Shown here: positions 36,897 to 46,424 of the stretch, one piece after another | How positions within the stretch are numbered: the first letter of the stretch is position 1 | Layout: each line of letters begins with the position of its first letter | Origin: Capsulimonadaceae bacterium | GTDB taxonomy: Bacteria; Armatimonadota; Armatimonadia; Armatimonadales; Capsulimonadaceae | Direction of reading: 5' to 3' | Assembly (NCBI GenBank): GCA_965215505.1 | Contig: OZ244065.1 | Location: 5,280,001 to 5,344,000, forward strand | Length of the DNA: 64,000 bases | The notes under the pieces: generated by a model | The model's input: the letters and a program-made list of their open reading frames with translations, nothing else | The model's database searches: none | Told to the model about the DNA's origin: nothing | Position numbers and translations under genes: made by a program

Positions 36897-39476
36897 TCAC
36901 CCGCCGCACACGACCGCCACCAGCAGGCACATGTCGTCGCGGGCCACCGCCGGGGCGAACCCGTTCACCCCCGCGATCAGGTCCCGCGTCAGCGCCTCGG
37001 CCATCCCCTGTGCGTCCCCGGCCGCGACGGGCCGTGCCAGCAGGGCCGCCACGCCTTCCACCCCCAGCATGTCCGTCCGTGAGGCCCCCACCTCCGTCAG
37101 ACCGTCCGTGAACATCGCCAGCGCGTCCCCAGGCCCGAGCGACACCGTCTGCTCCGCGAAGACCGCCCCCTCGAACGACCCCAGGACCGGCCCCGTGGGC
37201 CGCAGCTCCTCCACCCGGCCCGACCCCGCCCGGCGCACCAGGGCAGGCTCCTGGCCGCAGTTGACGTACCGGAGGAGCCGCGCCGCCCCGTCGTAGATGC
37301 CGACGAAGAGGGTACTGAAGCCCGTCAGCAGGTCGTTCTCGGCCAGAACACGGTTCAGCTCCGTCACGGCCTCGCCCGCCGTGGGCCGCGAGTACAGGAA
37401 GGCGCGCAGCATGTTCCGGACGACCGAGACCTGCGCCGCCGCCGCCAGCCCCTTGCCGGAAAGGTCCCCCACGACCAGGACGGTGCAGCCCTTCTCCACG
37501 GCATAAACGTCGTAGAAGTCGCCTCCGACGCCCGCCTCCGCCAGCGCCGCCTCGTAATACCGATCCACCGCCAGGCCGGCCACCGCTCCGGGGAGGCCCG
37601 GCTGGAGGGCGGCCTGGAGCTGCTGGGCGATGTTGTGTTCGCGCTGCACGGCACGCGCCATCTCCACCGCCGTGCGGAGCTGAGTCGCCACCGCCTCGAC
37701 CAGCGCCACCTCCCCCTCCGTCCATTCGCGCGGGTCGTCGGCCATCGCCGCCGTCAGCGTCGCCACCCGGCCCTCCCCGTCCGCCAGAGCCACCGAGACG
37801 CGCGCGCGCAGCCCCAGCCTCTCCATGTTGACCCTGGTCGGGGCCGACAGCGGGGCCGCGCGCGCGTCCCCGATGACCGAGGTGGCCCCGCCCCGGTACA
37901 ATTCGTGGAACATCTCGGCCGTGTTCGGGAAGGGGTGAGCGCCCCGGATGGAGGCCAGCCCCGCGCGGTGGCTGTCGCGGGCGACGGTGACGACGCCGCG
38001 TTCCAGGTCATACAGGGCCAGGTAGCAGCGGTCCGCCCCCAGCGCCTCCCCCAGCAGGCGGACCGCGGCTTCCTGGACGGCCTCGGGCGTGGTGGCGCTG
38101 CGGATGGTCTGGCCGATGCGGTTGAGGACCGACTCCCGCTCGGCCCGCGCCCGCTGCTCCGCCAGCAGACGCTCGCGCTCCGCCTCGGCCCGCTTGCGCG
38201 CGGTGACATCCTGGTAGAACACGGAGAGGCCCTCCGGCGACGGGTAGGCCCGCACCTCCACCCAGATGTCCAGCGGCGGGTAGAACTCCTCGAAGGTGAC
38301 GGTTTCCCCGCCATCCACGGCGCGGCGGAACTCGCGCTCGAACCTGGAGCCGACGACGGCAGGGAACTCGTCCCATAAACTCCGGCCCAGCAGGCCCTCC
38401 CGCTCCCGACCCATAACCCGCTCGGACTGGTCGTTCAGGTAGGTGAAGCGCCAGTCGGCGTCGAGTGCCAGGAACGCATCGGTGATGCTCTCCAGGATGC
38501 GCGCCGTGCGCTCGTGGGCCTCGCGCCGTTCCTCCGCCTCGCGCGCTCGGGCGCGCTGCTGGCGCAGCACCTCGACGGTGAGCCAGGTCCTGTCTACCAC
38601 CGTCTGGAGCAGCTCCACCTCCTCGGGCGTCCAGTGCCGGGGCGCGCTGCTGTGTACCCCGATGCAGGAAACCAGCCGGTCCGAATGCACGACCGGCACC
38701 GAGGCGTGGGCGCGGATGCCGACCGCATCGTAGGCCGCCACGCTCGCCTCGGGCACCTGAGCGCGGTCCACATGCACGTCGTCCACCGCGACCGGGCGCC
38801 CCGCCCCGTAGGCCGCGACGACGACCTCCCCGAACGCCGAGAGCGCGAAGACGCCCGCCATGCTCGCCACCGAGTCGTCGGCGCGGTAGTCAGGCCGCGC
38901 CGTACAGACGTCGGCCTCGATGTCAATGTCCACGAAGACGCAGCGGGACACCCCCAGAAACCGGCCGACCGAATCCACGGCGTCGGCGATCACCACGTCC
39001 GGGTCCGTCAGGCCGCGCGCCCGCTCGGCGAGTTCGGCCAGGAACCGCTCGCGCCGCCCGCGCTCGGCCCGCTCGGTGATGTCCTGGAAGAAGACGAGCA
39101 GGCCCTCGCTGGATGGGTAGGCGCGCACGTCGAACCATGCCCCCAGCGGCGCGTAGAACTGCTCGAACCAGACTGCAACCCGCTCGGCGATGGCGCGGCG
39201 ATACTCCCGGTCCGACACGGTGCCGACGGTTTCGGGGAACGCCTCCCAGACACTGCTTCCCAGCAGCTCCGCGCGCGTCCGCGCCAGCATCCGTGCGGCC
39301 TGGTCGTTGAGATAGGTGAAGCGCCATTCGCCGTCAAGCGTGACGAACGCCTCCGTAATGCTGTCCAATATCTCGGCGGCGCGCAGCCGGGGCAGGCCAT
39401 CGGAGGAGACGGGCGGCGGGGGGGTGTTCGAGGGCAGTGAGTCGCTTTGTGCGGCGTTTCCAGCGTCAGACGCCAT
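36897..39476 (-). CDS. PAS/GAF sensor SpoIIE (PP2C) phosphatase
   Basis: GGDFYD, GDLSGKG, FTDGLTE, DDMCLL. Confidence 0.92.
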   Translation of the reverse strand: MASDAGNAAQSDSLPSNTPPPPVSSDGLPRLRAAEILDSITEAFVTLDGEWRFTYLNDQAARMLARTRAELLGSSVWEAFPETVGTVSDREYRRAIAERVAVWFEQFYAPLGAWFDVRAYPSSEGLLVFFQDITERAERGRRERFLAELAERARGLTDPDVVIADAVDSVGRFLGVSRCVFVDIDIEADVCTARPDYRADDSVASMAGVFALSAFGEVVVAAYGAGRPVAVDDVHVDRAQVPEASVAAYDAVGIRAHASVPVVHSDRLVSCIGVHSSAPRHWTPEEVELLQTVVDRTWLTVEVLRQQRARAREAEERREAHERTARILESITDAFLALDADWRFTYLNDQSERVMGREREGLLGRSLWDEFPAVVGSRFEREFRRAVDGGETVTFEEFYPPLDIWVEVRAYPSPEGLSVFYQDVTARKRAEAERERLLAEQRARAERESVLNRIGQTIRSATTPEAVQEAAVRLLGEALGADRCYLALYDLERGVVTVARDSHRAGLASIRGAHPFPNTAEMFHELYRGGATSVIGDARAAPLSAPTRVNMERLGLRARVSVALADGEGRVATLTAAMADDPREWTEGEVALVEAVATQLRTAVEMARAVQREHNIAQQLQAALQPGLPGAVAGLAVDRYYEAALAEAGVGGDFYDVYAVEKGCTVLVVGDLSGKGLAAAAQVSVVRNMLRAFLYSRPTAGEAVTELNRVLAENDLLTGFSTLFVGIYDGAARLLRYVNCGQEPALVRRAGSGRVEELRPTGPVLGSFEGAVFAEQTVSLGPGDALAMFTDGLTEVGASRTDMLGVEGVAALLARPVAAGDAQGMAEALTRDLIAGVNGFAPAVARDDMCLLVAVVCGG

Positions 39477-39526
39477 AATGCAGGTTTCCTAACAATTTCG
39501 TCCGGCGGTGCGTCTCGGCGGCGGTC

Positions 39527-40831
39527 TCACCAGTTCGGGGCGGGCGCAGCCCGGTCCTGCTCCATCACCACCGTCGTTCCCGCCCCGCCCGTCAGCAGGT
39601 GGACCCGGTCAACGGTCTTCAGGATCATCTTAAACCCGTGCCCCATCGTCCCCGCCGTCGTGTAGCCGCGCCGTAAGGTGGCGTTCGGCAGGTTCTCCAC
39701 GGCAATGCCCGCGCCCGCGTCCTCCACCCGCACCTGCACCGTGCCGCCCCCGTGCGTGAAGACGTGGCCGACCCCCGTGCCCGCGTGGACGACGGCGTTC
39801 ATCGCCGCCTCCCCGGCCGCCGTTTCCAGGTCGTAGCGGCGCTCGTCGGGCAGGCCCGCCGCCACCGACGCGCCCAAGGTCTGCCGCCGCAGCTCCCGGA
39901 TGCCTCCGGTCTTGGACAGCGGGATGGGGCCGGCGAACGGAGTCAGGGGCGGCGGGAGGTCGGCCCCCGAGGCGCACAGCGTCAGCCGACCCTCGGTGAC
40001 GCTCGCGAACATGTCGCGCAGCAGGGCGTGCTGGCGCGCGACGTTCTGCCGCAGGGCCTCCTCCGCCTCCCGCTGCTCCGTGATGTCGGTCTGCACCCCG
40101 ATGAAGTGGGTGATCGTCCCGGCAGCGTCACGCACGGGCGAGAGCGCAAGCGCGTTCCAGAACGGGGTGCCGTCCTTGCGATAGTTCTTCAGGACGACCC
40201 GGAAGTCCCGGCCCTCCCGCAGACCGTCCCGCACCTGCTGGACATACCTGCCGTCCGTGTCCGCACCCTGAAGGAAACGGCAGTTGCGCCCGATCGCCTC
40301 TTCAGGCGGGTAGCCGGTCATGGACGTGAAGGCGGGGTTGACGTAGATGATGGGGCAATCGGCATGGCGCGCGTCGGCGATCACGATGCCGTTGGAGGAG
40401 GCGGCGATGGCCCGGTCACGCAGGCGCAGCTCTTCCTGCGCCCGCCGGATCTGCTCCTGAGACTGGTGGAAGCGCAGGACGCTCCGCAGGCAGCGGTCGA
40501 GGAGGCGGGGAGTCAGGTCCCCTTTGGGCAGATAGTCGGTCGCCCCCGCCCGGACCGCCTCCTGGCCCTCGTCGCCCGTCAGGAGAATGACCGGCGTGGT
40601 CACGCCCGCCCCACGGATTTCCCGCAGGCAGCCCAGGCCGCCGGCGTCCGGCAGGTCATCGCCCAGAAGTATACAGTCGAACGCCTGCGACTGGACAGCC
40701 TCCGTGGCCCCGGAACAGCTCCCCGCCTCCTGGACCGCCGCACCGGCATGGTGCTGAAGCACGGCCTGCCTCACCGCGCCGCGTTCCAGGGCGTCGCCGC
40801 CCGCGATTAGGATTCTGAGTGCGTCTTGCAT
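39527..40831 (-). CDS. Pseudo-receiver - LOV - RsbW-like ATPase protein
   Basis: GRNCRFLQG LOV motif; EAAMNAVVH, DAGAGI, GHGF. Confidence 0.88.
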   Translation of the reverse strand: MQDALRILIAGGDALERGAVRQAVLQHHAGAAVQEAGSCSGATEAVQSQAFDCILLGDDLPDAGGLGCLREIRGAGVTTPVILLTGDEGQEAVRAGATDYLPKGDLTPRLLDRCLRSVLRFHQSQEQIRRAQEELRLRDRAIAASSNGIVIADARHADCPIIYVNPAFTSMTGYPPEEAIGRNCRFLQGADTDGRYVQQVRDGLREGRDFRVVLKNYRKDGTPFWNALALSPVRDAAGTITHFIGVQTDITEQREAEEALRQNVARQHALLRDMFASVTEGRLTLCASGADLPPPLTPFAGPIPLSKTGGIRELRRQTLGASVAAGLPDERRYDLETAAGEAAMNAVVHAGTGVGHVFTHGGGTVQVRVEDAGAGIAVENLPNATLRRGYTTAGTMGHGFKMILKTVDRVHLLTGGAGTTVVMEQDRAAPAPNW

Positions 40832-40939
40832 GTCGGGGTCGCCAGCCGGCTCCAAAGAACGTATCTCCAGATATTCCCGACTCCCGGCGGTTATAATCCG
40901 TGGCGATGCGCGCCTCCCTCCGGGGCAGCTTCCCACGGC

Positions 40940-41542
40940 TCAAGCGTGCCAAATGCTCACCCCGAACCGCCCCAGCAGGATGCACAGGCGGTTGAGCGGC
41001 AGCCCGACGACATTGAAATAATCTCCGCTGATCCCCGGAATGAACGACAGCGCCTTGCCCTGGATGCCGTAGGCCCCCGCCTTGTCCAGCGGCTCGCCGG
41101 TCGCGACATAAGCGGCGATGGTGTCCTCGGCCAGCACGTCGAAAGTCACATCGGTGACGGCGTGGTCCGTCCGGACCTCTCCCGGAATGCCGCCCCCGAC
41201 CGCGATCAGGCACAGGCCCGTATAGACCCGGTGCGTCCGGCCGCTCAAAAGGCGCAGCATCCGCCGGGCATCCTCGCCGTCGGCGGGCTTGTTCAGGGCC
41301 ATGCCGTCCAGGATGACCGTCGTGTCCGCCCCGAGAACCAGCGCGTCCCCCTCCGTCCGGGCGGCCACCTCGGACGCCTTGCCTGTCGCTAGGCGGGTGA
41401 CGTACTCGTCCGGTGCAAGCCCGTCCGGGGCCAGCAAGTCTTCGTCATAGCGGCTGGCGACCACCTCGAAGGGCAGCCCGAGCAGGCCCAGCAGTTCGCG
41501 GCGGCGGGGCGAGGTGGAGGCGAGGATCAGGCGCGGTGTCAC
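40940..41542 (-). CDS. maf: Maf nucleotide pyrophosphatase
   Basis: LILASTSPRRRELL, GADT, DKAGAYGIQ, NVVGLP. Confidence 0.95.
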   Translation of the reverse strand: MTPRLILASTSPRRRELLGLLGLPFEVVASRYDEDLLAPDGLAPDEYVTRLATGKASEVAARTEGDALVLGADTTVILDGMALNKPADGEDARRMLRLLSGRTHRVYTGLCLIAVGGGIPGEVRTDHAVTDVTFDVLAEDTIAAYVATGEPLDKAGAYGIQGKALSFIPGISGDYFNVVGLPLNRLCILLGRFGVSIWHA

Positions 41543-42186
41543 TTCGTCTCGGCCTCCTCTTTCTCCGCTCCTGCCTTCGGGACCGCTTTCACCCGCCCCA
41601 CCTTCGGCTCAATGCCCGCCTTCAGACGCGCCATGTTGGAGCGGTGCTTGATCACCACGAAGAAGGCGACGAGCAGCGCGAACAGGACGTGCGGCAGGTC
41701 CCGGTGCAGACCCATCAGGACCAGCGACGTGACCAGCGCGGCGAGGATGGAGGAAACCGAGATGTAGCGGGTGACCAGCAGGCACAGCCCCCAGACCGTA
41801 AACCCGATGGCCGCCGCCGGCACCGACAGGCCGTAGACGACGCCCAGCGAGGTCGCCACGCCTTTGCCGCCCTTGAAGCGCAGGAACGGGCTGAAGTTGT
41901 GCCCCAAGATCGCCGCCAGCCCCACCAGCACCGGCAGCCACGGACCCGCCCCATGCACCCGCCCGGCCAGAAGCGTCGGGAAGAACCCCTTGCAGAAGTC
42001 GAACAGGAAGACCGCCACCCCCCACAGCGGCCCCATCGTCCGCCAGACGTTCGACGCCCCGATGTTGCCGCTCCCATAGTCCCGGACATCAATGCCCTTG
42101 ACCATGCGCCCCACCAGCAGCCCGATGGGGAGCGCGCCGAACAGGTAGGCGACCAGGATGAAGACCACGGAATGCAGGAGTGTCAT
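41539..42186 (-). CDS. plsY: Glycerol-3-phosphate acyltransferase
   Basis: GSGNIGASNVWR, FKGGKGVAT, KHRSN. Confidence 0.95.
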   Translation of the reverse strand: MTLLHSVVFILVAYLFGALPIGLLVGRMVKGIDVRDYGSGNIGASNVWRTMGPLWGVAVFLFDFCKGFFPTLLAGRVHGAGPWLPVLVGLAAILGHNFSPFLRFKGGKGVATSLGVVYGLSVPAAAIGFTVWGLCLLVTRYISVSSILAALVTSLVLMGLHRDLPHVLFALLVAFFVVIKHRSNMARLKAGIEPKVGRVKAVPKAGAEKEEAETK

Positions 42187-42282
42187 GGGAGGGATTGTAC
42201 TCGGAAGCGTCAGGGCATTCGATTAGCCCCATTATACCCACTTGAAGTAACCTGAAATAGTTCCTATTTTCTACAGAAGCTA

Positions 42283-42312
42283 TTGACTTTGTTCGGAACA
42301 CCCGCGTATAAT
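42283..42312 (+). promoter_or_regulatory. Sigma70 promoter
   Basis: TTGACT-18bp-TATAAT. Confidence 0.75.
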
Positions 42313-42423
42313 GCTTGTGTTCCCTCCCTTCCGGCTGTACCGACCATTCCCGGCGCACTGTAGCGCTACGCCTGTTGACTGTTGTTGACCCAAGCGGAGT
42401 AATCAGATGCCACACCAGCTTTC

Positions 42424-42489
42424 TCGCGCCCGCCTCTTCGCGCCCGCCTCTTCGCGCCCGCCTCTTCGCGCCCGCCTCTTCGCGCCCGC
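42424..42489 (+). repeat. 14-bp tandem repeat TCGCGCCCGCCTCT x4.7
   Basis: Read directly. Confidence 0.95.
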
Positions 42490-42872
42490 TCGCTAGTCTC
42501 ACCCCTCTCGCCGTGGCAGTCCTCCTACTGTTCTGCACGCTTGCGGTCCTCCTGGGGGCGAGGCCGGCTCAGGCCCAGGCCCCCGGCGGAGGCGGGGGGC
42601 CGGTGGGAACGGCTGGCATAGACGTAGGGACTGTCGAAGGCCTCACCATCACCACGACTGTTGATGGCACCCCTGGCGTGACCACCCCCGTCAACGTGGA
42701 TGCTCCGTTCACGGCCACAGCATCCGCCGGGACCCCAAAGTTCTCTGCCGGGTTGACGCCTGGGTGGACCATTCAGGGTGATGCGACCTATTACTGGTAC
42801 ACCAACGGAGCCGCCCCCGGTGCCCAAGCTGCCGCCGCCCCCGGCCCCCGGTCTGACGCCGCACCCGCCGCC

Positions 42873-42926
42873 CCGCCCCCCACCTACTCCCCGCCCCCCA
42901 CCTACTCCCCGCCCCCCACCTACTTC
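42873..42926 (+). repeat. 18-bp in-frame tandem repeat x3 (PPPTYS)
   Basis: ccgccccccacctactcc x2 + ccgccccccacctacttc. Confidence 0.9.
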
Positions 42927-43869
42927 CCGGCGAATGCTGCTAAAACCACCGTCACCATCCCCGGAGGCGGCCCCGTTATCGCGAGTGGCTATGTCGTGAC
43001 GATCAACTGTGCGGTCACCTATGCGGCTTTGAGTCCCGACAAGAAGCAGCCCGGCTACCTGACGTCAACCGTCTCCAAGACCATCCCCGTCTATGTCATC
43101 GGTGGACCCATCTCGGGGGACAACGACATCTACTGGTTTTGCGACTCCAGCTCCTATGGCGATTGGGGTCACTTGTCTGCCGCAGGGGCCAGTCCGCCTC
43201 TGCCGCAGGGGGGCTAGCCTGCCGGAACGACCTACTCCTGGTCGCTTACTGGCAACGGCGCTCAGTTTCTTGCGGGTATAACCTCTGCGAAGGCCACCTA
43301 CTGCGGGTCGGGTGGTGGAAGTCATCACCCAGGCGATGAAAAGGCAACCGTCACCTACAGCCTCAACAACGTCACGGCCACCAGCGATCCGTTTCCCATC
43401 ACAGTCCATGCGCCCATGACATTTACAATTATGGCAAGAACGCCTGCGGTAAAGTATGCCTATGGTTTCGATGGGCAAACTCTTACATTTCAGGTTTTAG
43501 ATAGTCTTGGCTACCTCTACTCACCCGATAAACATAAAGCTTATTGGTCTGAGTCATGGAAGCAGGACCCAATTATTGGTGGTGGGCAGCCTACTATTAC
43601 TGGCGGTGAACCGTTGGACGGAAAAAGTCAGGGCTATGATGGCTTTTCCAGTCCTACTGGATTGAATGCACCTAGCAATCCAGCTGATCCCTATGGAGAC
43701 AGGGTATGGGGACCCCTGACGCATAAATATAGCATTACAGACATCGGAAGTACGGGCGGAGACATCGGCTGTCCGATACAGACCTACACAGATGTGTATT
43801 ACTACACCTACCAGATGACGGGCAACGGCTTTGCCCCGAAGCCATCAACACCATAGGAAGAGCCATAAC

Positions 43870-45102
43870 ATGAAACACAATCTTGGCATCGGCATCTGCT
43901 GCCTCCTCTGCTTCCTGGTCTGCCAGGCGGGTGCCCACGCGCTGGGCCATCCCAACCCTGAACTGCCTGTTCTCGTTCAAGGAGCAGATGCGGTTTGCAT
44001 CGGGCGGGTCACACAGATAGAGGACTTTGGTCCTACCCAAGTAGATTTAGGCTACAGGAACAGCTATACTAACAAACCTGCTCCGACCGTTGCCACAGAA
44101 GCGGTCGCCGACGTTACTGTGCGGAGCGTACTGAAGGGCAGAATCAGCCAAAAGTCAATAAAGGTGGCGTTTTACAAAAACGTGCATCAGGGTGAAAATC
44201 CGACGTTCTTCACGGAGTTGGCGGCGGGCGAGACGGACGTCATCTTTATGAAGGTGACGGACGACGGAACGCACTTCTCCTTGTTGGAGCCAAACTCGGC
44301 TGGCAAGTCAAAGATCGCCCTCGGCGATGCTAAGATCGGCCCCATCCCGGCGACAACTCCGCCCCTGCGTGCTGTCCTTCTGGCACTCACAGATGCCCTC
44401 AGCGGCGGCAGCAAGCCGGTGAAGATGGACTGTCTGGACCGGATCGGGAGCGCCGGCTACCTCCTCTACGCTAAAGCCGGTGTCTACGTTGATAAGACGG
44501 CAGTCATGCGGCGTTCAGATCTGGGAGAGTCTCTGATGGCGGAGGGTGTCCCGTCCAGCCTGGAGGAGTTCATCCGAGCCAAGGTGCTTCCTACGATCCT
44601 GACGCTGACGGCGGACAAAGACACCGATCTTCGTGACAATGCCATCATTGCGGCGGGGAACCTTCAGGATGTAGACGTGATCCCGGCCCTCGCCAAACTC
44701 GCGGACAAGCAGTACCAGCCAGGGGAGCAGGGGATAGCCGCCTCTATCTTTAGATTTTACCGCAACCCGGACGCGACGCGGGCGCTAGCGAACGTGCTAA
44801 GTGACAGCAACCCGAACGTGAGGTCGCAGGCGGCGGCTGCGCTCCGCGAGTCGGCTGACCCCGTAGCCGTACCTTCTCTGCTGGACCATCTGGATGATCC
44901 CGACCCGTGGGCAAAATACTACATTGTGACGGCCTTGTACACGGCCACGAACACGCCGGAATTTCCCGGAACCGTGATCTTCCAGGCAGACGGAGACAAG
45001 TATGTCTCGCTTATGAAAAAGTGGGCATCCGAGCATCAGGAGAAAGTAGCGCTCTTGCGTGAGCAGTTCCTAGCCCCCTTGCCGGCCAAAACTGTCCATT
45101 GA
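43870..45102 (+). CDS. Secreted HEAT-repeat protein
   Basis: Signal peptide; LSDSNPNVRSQAAAAL, AVPSLLDHLDDPD. Confidence 0.8.
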   Translation: MKHNLGIGICCLLCFLVCQAGAHALGHPNPELPVLVQGADAVCIGRVTQIEDFGPTQVDLGYRNSYTNKPAPTVATEAVADVTVRSVLKGRISQKSIKVAFYKNVHQGENPTFFTELAAGETDVIFMKVTDDGTHFSLLEPNSAGKSKIALGDAKIGPIPATTPPLRAVLLALTDALSGGSKPVKMDCLDRIGSAGYLLYAKAGVYVDKTAVMRRSDLGESLMAEGVPSSLEEFIRAKVLPTILTLTADKDTDLRDNAIIAAGNLQDVDVIPALAKLADKQYQPGEQGIAASIFRFYRNPDATRALANVLSDSNPNVRSQAAAALRESADPVAVPSLLDHLDDPDPWAKYYIVTALYTATNTPEFPGTVIFQADGDKYVSLMKKWASEHQEKVALLREQFLAPLPAKTVH

Positions 45103-45109
45103 AGCCACC

Positions 45110-45188
45110 CATGAAAAACCCGCCCGGTGCAGACATGAAAAACCCGCCCGGTGCAGATATGTATCTGCACCGGGCGGGTTTCTTGTTT
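45110..45188. terminator. Terminator with duplicated 24-bp 5' arm
   Basis: catgaaaaacccgcccggtgcaga x2 then tctgcaccgggcgggtttc. Confidence 0.85.
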
Positions 45189-45773
45189 CTATTGGCTTCT
45201 GGCGGGTTCCCAATCAGTAGCCGCAGCCCACCCCTCCGCCGCCGCCATGATCAGGTCGCAGGCGGGGTCTTTGACCGCATAGTACGCATCAACATCGTCA
45301 GGGTGCAGGCGGGCGAGTTCGCGCTTGATCTGGTCGTAGCTTCCAGCAGCCGAGGGATTGGACCGGAGGAAGTCGCGGAACAGCAAGGCGTAGCGCTGGT
45401 TTGCCGCGCCGGCCACGCGCACATGGATGTGAACGCGCCGCGTCCCCTCGCGCTCACGGCAATAGCGTTTCTGCCACTCAGCCTCGGGCCGCTCGTCGCC
45501 TGCGGGCCGATGGTCTTCCCAGACGCCGTCGCGCATCGGGTATTCCGCCGCCAGAAATGCGGCGCTCAAAGGTTCCTCTGGAAAGAGGCTCGCCACGGTG
45601 ACCTGAACATCCACGATGTCTTTCGCGCCCAGCCCCGGCACGGAAGTCGAGCCGATGTGGTCAATGCGTAAGGCGAGGGGGCCGAGGGCTTGTCGGAGGG
45701 AGCTTTCCATCTGCCGGAACTCGGCGGCCCAGCGGGGCTGATGGGGAAGGATTTCGATCTCGCGCATGGTCAT
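45189..45773 (-). CDS. GrpB family protein
   Basis: IDHIGSTSVPGLGAKDIVD, LLFRDFLR. Confidence 0.9.
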   Translation of the reverse strand: MTMREIEILPHQPRWAAEFRQMESSLRQALGPLALRIDHIGSTSVPGLGAKDIVDVQVTVASLFPEEPLSAAFLAAEYPMRDGVWEDHRPAGDERPEAEWQKRYCREREGTRRVHIHVRVAGAANQRYALLFRDFLRSNPSAAGSYDQIKRELARLHPDDVDAYYAVKDPACDLIMAAAEGWAAATDWEPARSQ

Positions 45774-45814
45774 TCCACTATGCGTCATTCTATCATGCTC
45801 GCCGGAATGAGCGG

Positions 45815-46414
45815 TCAGGCCAGGGTCATATAGCGGAGGATGCCTAAAATCTTGTCCACGTCTTCAATGAAATACTCCGCCAAGTCCGCTTCAGCGTGAA
45901 GCCCGCGCAGGCGCAGGAAGCGCCAGTTCGTGCCGCTGGTCACTGCGCCGTATAGCACGTCACGGGGTTTACCGTCGCGGACATTGACCAGCGCGGCGGC
46001 ATACATCTCGGCGATGCACTGGGCGACCCCGGCAGTTAAATCCTCGCGCTTGGCCTCCACGACGGCCAGGATCGGTGCGGTGACGGCGAGCAGGGTGGGG
46101 GATCGGGAAACCAGAAAATCGCAAAAGCCGTACAGGCCGAGCGCAGGGTCGGCGCTCATCTCGACGCCGGAAAAGACGGCGATCTCATGTCCCGCCTGCT
46201 CCCGCAGCTCCACCAGCAGCGGCGCGATGATCATTTCCGACCGCGCTTTTTCCGTACCCTGCCCCCGCACGATCGGCAGGTGACGCTTGAGAAGGGTGTG
46301 AAAAAAGTCGGAAACGGGCAGCGAAGGCACATCGGCAAAAAGGTCGTCGGCGTCCGAGACCGTGATGCCGAACCGGTCCGCCAGAAGCCGCAGGGTGAAC
46401 TCGCTGTACGCCAT
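45815..46414 (-). CDS. Conserved hypothetical protein, restriction endonuclease-like PD-(D/E)XK fold likely
   Basis: MAYSEFTL, EKARSE, CDF..VVEAK, QCIAEM. Confidence 0.7.
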   Translation of the reverse strand: MAYSEFTLRLLADRFGITVSDADDLFADVPSLPVSDFFHTLLKRHLPIVRGQGTEKARSEMIIAPLLVELREQAGHEIAVFSGVEMSADPALGLYGFCDFLVSRSPTLLAVTAPILAVVEAKREDLTAGVAQCIAEMYAAALVNVRDGKPRDVLYGAVTSGTNWRFLRLRGLHAEADLAEYFIEDVDKILGILRYMTLA

Positions 46415-46424
46415 GAGACTTGTC

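Larger units (their letters stand above)
42407..43856 (+). pseudogene. Secreted Pro/Thr/Gly-rich protein, currently disrupted (VNTR frameshift plus in-frame TAG at 43215)
   Basis: GGAG-ATG 42407 out of frame with signal peptide; ORFs 42315-43217 and 43416-43856 share a frame and are separated only by one TAG. Confidence 0.7.

Noticed and set aside
42424-42489. Possible CRISPR array
   Set aside because: Tandem units without spacers; no cas genes in the window
43215-43217. Pyrrolysine or programmed amber readthrough
   Set aside because: No pyl genes seen; the stop sits in a degenerate duplication, which explains it more simply
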